NCBI GenBank assembly: GCA_964654175.1
Contig: CAZZGJ010000002.1
Coordinates: 1-39,094 of the forward strand
DNA: 39,094 nt
Source of the DNA: an uncultured Candidatus Saccharibacteria bacterium
GTDB taxonomy: Bacteria; Patescibacteriota; Minisyncoccia; Phycocordibacterales; UBA5272
Direction of reading: 5' to 3'
Positions 16,178 through 24,119 of the stretch are shown here, in pieces; position 1 is the first letter of the stretch; every line of letters begins with the position of its first letter. The notes below the pieces were generated by a model that was given only the letters and a program-made list of their open reading frames with translations, made no database searches and was not told where the DNA came from. The position numbers and the translations under genes are program-made.

Positions 16178-17866
16178 ATGGCAGAAGCAATAAGAGATCA
16201 GAATCACGTAACAGTAGCACTTGGAGTGTCAAGTGCTGATGCGACTGTTACACTCCCTTTCAAAATTGATCCAGTTACTGGACGTCTTTTGACAGACGCT
16301 GCAGCAGGTGGATATACTAATCTCACACAGTTTGTGGACCAAACTCCCTGGAGATTGTTCTACTCTAACGGCGCAGGAGATGTCATTGAATTAGCTCTAG
16401 GTGCAGCAGGAACTGTTTTGAGTTCAAACGGTGCTGCTCTAGCGCCTTCATTTACAAGTGCAGGCGCAGGAGATATGGTTCTTGCATCAGTACAGACAAA
16501 CTCAGGAGCAAAAACATTCTTAAACAGCACGCTGTTACTACGAAATCCTGCTAACACATTTAGCTACACCCTTAACGCAGCAGCCATTGCAGCCGACAGA
16601 ACCCTTAACCTACCTCTTATAACAGGGACAGATACACTTGCTGTTCTTGGTTTGTCACAAACTTTCTCTGGTACTCAGACGTTTGGAACGCTTGTGACCA
16701 CTACCATTAATGGAAACACGTTTACAACTGGCACAGGAACGCTAACTATTGCTGCAGGTAAGACACTGACTCAAAACGCTACTCAGACTTTTGCTGGTGT
16801 AGACGGTAAGACAATTACCTTCAACAACACTATTACTTTTGCAGGAACTGACGGAACTACAATGACGTTCCCGACTACAACCGCTACAATTGCTCGTACA
16901 GACGCTGCTCAGACCTTTACAGGAGTGCAGTCAATGACTTCTCCAGCTATTACAACAGGAATTACTGCTGTAGGTGCGACATTTGCCTTAATTAACACAG
17001 TTTCTACTACCGTAAACTTTGCAGGAGCAGCTACTACTCTTAACATGGGAGCAGCTACTGGAACCGCTACAATTGCTAATGCGACTGTAACATTCTCTAA
17101 CGCTACTGTGCTTAACATCAACGGCGCATCTCCTAGCATTGTGACTTCAAGTACTGGTACAGCATCAGTATTTAATACCAATGCTTTAGTTGGAAACCTT
17201 TTTGGAGCAGCAACTACAATTACAATTGGTGGAACACCAACAAGTGCGGTTACTCATAACTACTCTACAAACGCTACTGCAGCAGCCACTACAAAGACAG
17301 TAAACATTGGTACAGGTGGAGCAGCATCTTCTACAACAAACATAAACCTTGGATCAGCTAACGGAGGTACATTTACCGTAAACTCTCTAGTAATTTCACT
17401 AGGAGGAACAACAGGAGTAACTTCAACAGGTTCAATTGAACTTGGACATGGTTCTGACACTACAATTTCACGATTAGGAGCAGGACAAATTGGAGTAGAA
17501 GGTGTAGCAGTTCCTACCATTTCTTCAACAAATACCTTTACAAATAAGCGTATTACAAAACGAACAGGAACTACTACATCAAGTGCAACTCCAACAATTA
17601 ACACTGATAACGTAGATTTCTATTCAATTACTGAACAAACCGTAGACATAACTTCATTCACCACAAACCTCTCAGGTTCACCAACTGAGGGACAAACATT
17701 GTGGATTGCCATTACAGGTACTGGTGCAAGAGCCATTACCTGGGGGGCTTCATTTGAAGCATCTACCGTTGCCCTACCAACTACCACAGTGACCACAGCT
17801 CGGCTTGATGTCGGGTTCGTATGGAACGCAGCGACAAGTAAATGGCGATGTGTAGCAAGCGCTTAA
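16178..17866 (+). CDS. tail fibre / receptor-binding protein candidate (562 aa)
   Basis: T/A/G/N-rich short beta-repeats (TFAGVDGKTITFNNTITFAGTDGTTMTF...). The N-terminus is paralogous to 15896..16165. Confidence 0.7.
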   Translation: MAEAIRDQNHVTVALGVSSADATVTLPFKIDPVTGRLLTDAAAGGYTNLTQFVDQTPWRLFYSNGAGDVIELALGAAGTVLSSNGAALAPSFTSAGAGDMVLASVQTNSGAKTFLNSTLLLRNPANTFSYTLNAAAIAADRTLNLPLITGTDTLAVLGLSQTFSGTQTFGTLVTTTINGNTFTTGTGTLTIAAGKTLTQNATQTFAGVDGKTITFNNTITFAGTDGTTMTFPTTTATIARTDAAQTFTGVQSMTSPAITTGITAVGATFALINTVSTTVNFAGAATTLNMGAATGTATIANATVTFSNATVLNINGASPSIVTSSTGTASVFNTNALVGNLFGAATTITIGGTPTSAVTHNYSTNATAAATTKTVNIGTGGAASSTTNINLGSANGGTFTVNSLVISLGGTTGVTSTGSIELGHGSDTTISRLGAGQIGVEGVAVPTISSTNTFTNKRITKRTGTTTSSATPTINTDNVDFYSITEQTVDITSFTTNLSGSPTEGQTLWIAITGTGARAITWGASFEASTVALPTTTVTTARLDVGFVWNAATSKWRCVASA

Positions 17867-17876
17867 TAAAATCTAT

Positions 17877-18038
17877 ATGGCAAAAGAACTTTCAACACAA
17901 ACAAAAACTAAATTCGACAAAATCTTAGTTGACGGCATCAGCACTGCCGACTGGAGTAAAAAAGCAGAGTTTGTTGAACTAAAGGCTTACGCTCTTAAAA
18001 AAGCAGTAAAACTCAATCACCGATATGTTAGAAATTGA
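17877..18038 (+). CDS. hypothetical protein (53 aa)
   Basis: Below the track cutoff. MAKELSTQTKTKFDKILVDG... fills the gap and overlaps the next gene by 14 nt. Confidence 0.4.
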   Translation: MAKELSTQTKTKFDKILVDGISTADWSKKAEFVELKAYALKKAVKLNHRYVRN

Positions 18039-18972
18039 AATCATTGAAAATAACATCATTGACGGCGGTAGCGAAGTCTTTGTTCGTGCATGGAAAGATG
18101 GTACTCCTGTTGGATTTGGAAGTGATGGAACTATTGAAATCGAACGTATTTTACTTCGTTACGAAAATACTCATAGTTATCTCTATGTCCCTGACGAGAA
18201 GGGAGATTTTGTAATAGAAATCTTAAATGAAGATGGGGCGGTAGACACCTATAAATACAGAGAAGATCCAGAGGAAGCTCTACTTCGTAGATTGGAACAC
18301 ATCATTAACGACATTGGAAAGACAGATGAAAATATTGTCTTTGGCAAAAGAGGAAGCACAGTGACTGTAATCGACCAAACCACCACAACAGGAGATCAGC
18401 TTCTCAGTGACGCTATGCTCACCTATGCTTTAGCTCGTGATGCAGCGACTGGTACGGTAAGTAATATGTCAGCCGCAGGAGCGCAAAACTGGCTTCACAA
18501 CTCTTTAATAACCACCTACTACGTTCGTCGAGTACAGATTGGTTTCGACACCTCTAGCATTCCCGACTCGGATGTGATTTCTGCTGCAACTATGACTGTA
18601 TACAGTAACGCTACTGGTGGAGCAGACACAGACGGGTACGATGTTGTTCTTTTAAACAACACTGCTGCTGGAACGAGCAGTCCGTTAGTTGCAGGTGACT
18701 TCGATGGATTTCCTTCCACATCCATTGGATCACTAGACTTAACTAACCTCACCAACATAAACGCAAACGTAGCGATCACACTAACTGATTTTGCCGTAAT
18801 CAATAAAACAGGAACAACACTCATTGGTGTGCGATTGAGTGGCGACATCAACAACAGCACTCCAACGGGATCCAACGTGCTTCGTATTGGACAAGCTTCT
18901 GACTATCCGTTCTTAACCGTAACTCATGCAGCAGCAGGTGGCAGTAATTCCAACTTCCTAAGATTCATGTAA
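18025..18972 (+). CDS. virion structural protein (315 aa)
   Basis: Track ORF in the tail/fibre block. Confidence 0.65.
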   Translation: MLEIEIIENNIIDGGSEVFVRAWKDGTPVGFGSDGTIEIERILLRYENTHSYLYVPDEKGDFVIEILNEDGAVDTYKYREDPEEALLRRLEHIINDIGKTDENIVFGKRGSTVTVIDQTTTTGDQLLSDAMLTYALARDAATGTVSNMSAAGAQNWLHNSLITTYYVRRVQIGFDTSSIPDSDVISAATMTVYSNATGGADTDGYDVVLLNNTAAGTSSPLVAGDFDGFPSTSIGSLDLTNLTNINANVAITLTDFAVINKTGTTLIGVRLSGDINNSTPTGSNVLRIGQASDYPFLTVTHAAAGGSNSNFLRFM

Positions 18973-18983
18973 CTACTAATAAT

Positions 18984-19331
18984 ATGGAACAAGCACAAAC
19001 ATTACTACACATAGCAACAGAACTAGGGCTAACACCACTTAATTTGGTGCTGGTGGTAATGTTGTACTTTATGGGCGCTCAACACGGTATGTTTCCAAAA
19101 TTTTGGAAAGGAGAACCATCTCCAGACCGTGTACCAGCAACAAAAGCTCAAATGGACAGGTTATCTAGCCACTACAATCACGACACCACAGAGCTACTCA
19201 CTTCTATTGACGGGGGTATAAAAGACGTCCGAAAAGCTGTTGAAAAGCTAGAGGACGTAGTATCAGAGCTTAAAAACAATCACCAAGAATGGGAGAAATT
19301 TGGTATTCCAGTACGTAATAAACAACCATGA
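18984..19331 (+). CDS. membrane-associated protein (115 aa)
   Basis: Hydrophobic segment LGLTPLNLVLVVMLYFMGA, then a charged helix. Confidence 0.6.
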   Translation: MEQAQTLLHIATELGLTPLNLVLVVMLYFMGAQHGMFPKFWKGEPSPDRVPATKAQMDRLSSHYNHDTTELLTSIDGGIKDVRKAVEKLEDVVSELKNNHQEWEKFGIPVRNKQP

Positions 19332-19654
19332 CACAAGAAGCTTTTAACAACCTTAGTGAACAAGTAAAACTTCTCGAAAAGGAGGTTAAAGAGCTATTAG
19401 CCTGGAAAACTATGAAAGAAAAGCGTCAACTGACTTTTCCTCTTGATAGTCAAAGCATTAAAGTATTAAACCAGACAATGAGACTGGAAAAGTTTGACCG
19501 CTTAAACGTCCGAGACATTTACTTTACTGCTACCAATACCAGTCCAACCGTGGCAGGACAGATGCGTTTCTATAATGATGGAGCCACACAAAACATGCGG
19601 ATTAATACCACATACACAGTGTTTACAGGAACAGTTGATTTAACGGCAGTATAA
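19328..19654 (+). CDS. hypothetical structural-module protein (108 aa)
   Basis: ATGA overlap with the previous gene. Confidence 0.65.
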   Translation: MTQEAFNNLSEQVKLLEKEVKELLAWKTMKEKRQLTFPLDSQSIKVLNQTMRLEKFDRLNVRDIYFTATNTSPTVAGQMRFYNDGATQNMRINTTYTVFTGTVDLTAV

Positions 19655-19664
19655 TAATAAGAGT

Positions 19665-21707
19665 ATGATCAGAGTACCAACATTAGACGCCAAAGCATGG
19701 CAACAAACAAATACCTCTGACTTGACAGGTAATGTTTTCGTGACAAAAAACATTAGTTTTGATTCCGAAGGGTACCTAACGCTGTCTAATGCCACTCCTG
19801 GAATGTACAGTCAGGCTAATGACGCTGATTTTGATGAAGTAGCAGCCTTTTGTCGCTGTGATGGCTACGGATACTTTGCGGGTACTCACGATGCGCCATA
19901 TCAAATTGACGAAGCTAGACCTTACGGAGAAGTGCCTACTAAAATTCTTACTGCTGGAGCTGTGGGATGTGATATTGAAGGGGACGCTCAATTTTTTGGA
20001 GATTCAATGGTTGTTTCACAAGATACTGATGTTGATTACTATACCCCATCTACCAACACATGGACTGACACCAATATTTCATTATCTGGAACAAGCCAAA
20101 GTCAACACTCGCTTACTCACTTTTTGAGTCTTAATGCGCTAGCAGTTGCTAACGTAAACACTGTAGCGCTGTATGAGTTCCCAATTACTGCAACACCAAC
20201 ACCGTTTGACTCAGGTGGCGTAAACTCAGTAATGACAGTCCCTTCAAACTTTTACATTACGGGTACTACGTACTTTAATGACAATCTTTTTAGCGGAACA
20301 ATGAACCGTCAGGGAGGGAAAGCTGCATTGTACGTGTGGGACGGAACAGGAACAGCAGCACAATCAGTATATGAAGTAGACTCTGTAATTATCTGGGACG
20401 TTACAACTTACCAAGACTCAGTAGTAAACATTACGGGAGCAGGAGAGCTTTTGCGCTTCAATGGTAGTGGATTTACTCAACTAGCAGCACTTCCAATTTA
20501 CTACACAGACCGAAAAATGGCTGATGAGACAAACATTGCAATGTACAAAAATACATTGAAACCTAACGGTGAATTGCTCTACACTAACTGGTCAAGTACT
20601 GCATATGATCTTAAATTAAACGATCAGCCAGATGGTGTGTGGTGTTATGACGAAAAAGTAGGAATGTACCACCGTTACGCACTTTCAGGAGCAGTTGCTG
20701 TATATGACACCATTAGTGTAGGTGACGTAAATACAACTACTAATGTTATTACTGTAACTGCAGCGCCAATTACAGGGACAGAATGTCTATACAACAACAG
20801 TAACAGCACAACAATGGGAGGTCTTACTCATGGTCAAAAGTACTATGTTATTAAGCTTACCTCTACAACTATTCAACTTGCTTCTACACTTGCCAACGCA
20901 AACGATGGAATAGCAATTGATCTTACAGGAACAGGAAATTCAGGACAGGTACTGACTTTCTTCCCAAAAACAGACTACGGACAAAAATATGTCGGACGCA
21001 GTAGCGCATTGCTACCATTTGAACGAATTATGGAAGAACCACAGTTTGGTACAGACATTCTTTGGAGTGGAACTGTTGCGAGCAGAACAACTGCTGGTAC
21101 AGGAATTATGGGCAGTACTTCATCAATCATATCTAATCGTGGATACTTTATTACACCGAAGATTTTTTCTACTGAGGTAACAGATAACTTTAATAAAGTT
21201 GTATTAAAGTTTTCTCCCTTTACTGATGAAGCTGATCAAATCCTTATTAAATACCGCACCGTAGATGACATGAATATTGAACAGGTAAATTCAGCTACGC
21301 AGTGGGGCGCTACTTGGACATCTACAACTACATTTACTACTACCGAAGTGGGTATGGCTGCATACGGTAATGGTTCAGACAACTATGAAGTTGAATTTAC
21401 CAAAGGAGCAGGATCTGGATACATAGCGCATATTACTTCTATAACTGAAAACGCTGGAACATACACCGTCACACTTGATGAAGAATATCCATACTACGAA
21501 GCAGGAGATGAAGCTTGGTTCACTGTTCGCAATTGGAAACGCTGGAAAACAATTTCTTACGGTGATTCCAATGCAGAGCAGCATTATATTAGTGATCAGC
21601 TTGGAGAAGAAGGAAAATTCTTGCAACTAAAAATTGAGTTGCGAGGGGTACAAGTACGAATTGAAGAATTATTAGTCAACAACGTAACGCAATTACCAGC
21701 CAAATAA
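19665..21707 (+). CDS. large tail protein (680 aa)
   Basis: Size and position. Beta-rich T/G/S/N composition. Confidence 0.6.
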   Translation: MIRVPTLDAKAWQQTNTSDLTGNVFVTKNISFDSEGYLTLSNATPGMYSQANDADFDEVAAFCRCDGYGYFAGTHDAPYQIDEARPYGEVPTKILTAGAVGCDIEGDAQFFGDSMVVSQDTDVDYYTPSTNTWTDTNISLSGTSQSQHSLTHFLSLNALAVANVNTVALYEFPITATPTPFDSGGVNSVMTVPSNFYITGTTYFNDNLFSGTMNRQGGKAALYVWDGTGTAAQSVYEVDSVIIWDVTTYQDSVVNITGAGELLRFNGSGFTQLAALPIYYTDRKMADETNIAMYKNTLKPNGELLYTNWSSTAYDLKLNDQPDGVWCYDEKVGMYHRYALSGAVAVYDTISVGDVNTTTNVITVTAAPITGTECLYNNSNSTTMGGLTHGQKYYVIKLTSTTIQLASTLANANDGIAIDLTGTGNSGQVLTFFPKTDYGQKYVGRSSALLPFERIMEEPQFGTDILWSGTVASRTTAGTGIMGSTSSIISNRGYFITPKIFSTEVTDNFNKVVLKFSPFTDEADQILIKYRTVDDMNIEQVNSATQWGATWTSTTTFTTTEVGMAAYGNGSDNYEVEFTKGAGSGYIAHITSITENAGTYTVTLDEEYPYYEAGDEAWFTVRNWKRWKTISYGDSNAEQHYISDQLGEEGKFLQLKIELRGVQVRIEELLVNNVTQLPAK

Positions 21708-21717
21708 GCCAATTATT

Positions 21718-22698
21718 ATGCTTACTTACACCACAGCACTATCTACCTACCAAAACTGGACAGATAATTCTAGTGCAAATCAAACAAACGGCGCACAGTT
21801 TCTCAATGATTCAGTGCGTACAATCTGTAACTTGCAAGGCGGAAAACTACGCTTTTTGGAAGCTACTAAAGACATGGAAACTGTAGCAGGACAAGAAGCC
21901 TACCAAATACCTGCAAAGTTCCGAAAACTAATAGATTTATACATCTACAGTGGCGCAGGGACGGACTCAGACACCATTTACTCTCCTGAAATGGTCTTTG
22001 ATCCTACTAAGTGGAAGTACATTAAGCAGGCACGATATGGCTCATCTTCAACACCGTACTTCACATACGTAGAAAACCAAAAGTTCTACATCAATCCAGT
22101 TCCTTCTGTATCTGGAAACAAAATCACATTACGTGGTCGTATCAATGTGCCTGATCTTGGCATTGCCGATTACACTACAGGAACAATTGTTTCAATTGCT
22201 AATGGTGGTACTGCTTTGGTAGGTTCTGGTACTACATGGACTGCAGACATGGTGGGTCGTTACATCAATATCCCACGAACTACTGCTGCAGGTGGTGGCG
22301 ATGGTTTGTGGTACGAAATTGGAGGCTACACCAGCGCCACTGCACTGACACTTCTAAAACCATACGAAGGAACCAGCATTGCTGCTGGCACTGCTACATA
22401 CACTATTGGACAAGTGCCACCGATACCAGAAGCGTATCAGATGGCAATGGTTTACCGAGCGTGTGCTTTGTATTGGGAAGATAAAAGTGAAGGAGAAAAA
22501 GCAAAACGCTTCTGGTTACGTTACGATGGAGGTAACGAAGCAGGTTATAATAATGACTATGGCGGTCTGATAAGTCAAATGCTCGCAAATGAAGGGGAAA
22601 CGGAAGAAGGAGCATACATTCCACCATTTGGAAGCACATTAAATACACCGCAAGCACCGTATTACTTCCCTTATGAGCAAGCTAGTGGATTAACATAA
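21718..22698 (+). CDS. virion structural protein (326 aa)
   Basis: Track ORF in the structural block. Confidence 0.6.
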   Translation: MLTYTTALSTYQNWTDNSSANQTNGAQFLNDSVRTICNLQGGKLRFLEATKDMETVAGQEAYQIPAKFRKLIDLYIYSGAGTDSDTIYSPEMVFDPTKWKYIKQARYGSSSTPYFTYVENQKFYINPVPSVSGNKITLRGRINVPDLGIADYTTGTIVSIANGGTALVGSGTTWTADMVGRYINIPRTTAAGGGDGLWYEIGGYTSATALTLLKPYEGTSIAAGTATYTIGQVPPIPEAYQMAMVYRACALYWEDKSEGEKAKRFWLRYDGGNEAGYNNDYGGLISQMLANEGETEEGAYIPPFGSTLNTPQAPYYFPYEQASGLT

Positions 22699-22703
22699 TT
22701 ATC

Positions 22704-24107
22704 ATGAAACCTACACCTAAACAAACATACATCAGCAATGTAGCAACATCACCAGGACTCACTAACCTGAGAAATTCTGCACAGAAAAAGCCAGTTGTAT
22801 TTGGATTGCCTACTTCTGGTAAAGTTCCCGCACCTACATTGCCAACAGGTACTGCAAACTCTACTAGCGCTTATCCAAAAGGAGTAAATTCACCGAATCC
22901 AACGGCTGGAAACATTACCCCATCCTCTCCTGGAGCTACAGGAACCATGCAGGGACCAATTAAGCCTGCTACTGCTACTACCAATCGAACAGGGACCACA
23001 AGCAGTAGTCTGCCACCTGCAGGACAGGAATTTGCTAGTAAACTAGCTGGAATTAAGACAGGTCTTACTGATGTGCAAGATCGTCTAAATACATACACTA
23101 AAGAAAATACTGGAGCGCCTGAAAAGAAAGAATCAGAGTATTTGAAGTACTTGCGTACAATGTTTAATCCAGAAGAAGCAAAACGAGCGCAGGAGAACGT
23201 AAATAACCTCAATAAAATGACTGCTGATGAAATTAAGCGTAACCGTGATGAACAAGACCGTATTCAGAAAAACGAAGCTGGCATGGTAGAACGTGGTCAA
23301 ACCTTCCTATCTGCTAGTTCTGGCAGAGCATCAGCAAAAGCATTGGCTGATCTTGCTATTGCTAAAGGTTACTCAACTGACATTCTTACTCAATTCACTG
23401 ATGCTGGTAAATCGATTTACGAAGCAGAAGAAGCTATGCGTAAAGAAGCAGAATCACCGCTTACACTGGAAGAAGCAACAAAGCTTGGACTTCCATTTGG
23501 AACCACGATGGCTGAGGCTCGTAAGGCAGGTAAGATTCCTAGTAGTGGCGGAGAGACCAATGAAGCTACTGTATTTGCATACGCTGATTTGGTGAACAGT
23601 GGCGGTATGAGTATGGAAAACGTACCAGAGGAATACCGTGGACAGGTAGCGCAAGCAGTTGCTCTCGGAGGCGGAAAGAAGCCTGTTATCTCAGACTACC
23701 AACAGGAGCGCATCACTCGTAACCTCAACAGTATCAGTGACCTTGAAACACAGGTAAATAAGTGGACTACGGGTCCAGGAAGCCTGCTCAGTATGATCCC
23801 TGGCACTGCTGCACGAGACTTCAAAGCAGACGTTGATACACTTGCAGCTAACATTGCTTTTGGAGAACTCACCGCTATGCGTGAGGCTTCTAAGACAGGT
23901 GGCGCACTTGGAGCAGTATCTGAAAAAGAACTTCAATTGCTTGAATCTGCTCTTGGTTCACTAGATCGAGCGCAAAGTCCAACTCAGTTCAAAGAAAGTC
24001 TTGCAGAAATCAAAGCAAGTATTAACCGATGGCAAGATGCCGTTGCACAATACGGAGGTGGAACTATGGGAGGAGACACAGAAGGAGACTCATTATTCAA
24101 CTGGTAA
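22704..24107 (+). CDS. internal virion / ejection protein candidate (467 aa)
   Basis: Disordered P/T/S/G-rich N-terminus followed by a long helical region. Lies directly upstream of the transglycosylase-bearing protein. Confidence 0.5.
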   Translation: MKPTPKQTYISNVATSPGLTNLRNSAQKKPVVFGLPTSGKVPAPTLPTGTANSTSAYPKGVNSPNPTAGNITPSSPGATGTMQGPIKPATATTNRTGTTSSSLPPAGQEFASKLAGIKTGLTDVQDRLNTYTKENTGAPEKKESEYLKYLRTMFNPEEAKRAQENVNNLNKMTADEIKRNRDEQDRIQKNEAGMVERGQTFLSASSGRASAKALADLAIAKGYSTDILTQFTDAGKSIYEAEEAMRKEAESPLTLEEATKLGLPFGTTMAEARKAGKIPSSGGETNEATVFAYADLVNSGGMSMENVPEEYRGQVAQAVALGGGKKPVISDYQQERITRNLNSISDLETQVNKWTTGPGSLLSMIPGTAARDFKADVDTLAANIAFGELTAMREASKTGGALGAVSEKELQLLESALGSLDRAQSPTQFKESLAEIKASINRWQDAVAQYGGGTMGGDTEGDSLFNW

Positions 24108-24119
24108 CTAAAAAACAGT

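Noticed and set aside
16178-17866. Possible DGR variable region or DNA-level tandem repeats in the T/A/G-rich fibre gene.
   Set aside because: The repetition is at the short peptide-motif level, not long near-identical DNA repeats. I saw no reverse transcriptase and no template-repeat partner with adenine-specific differences in the window.
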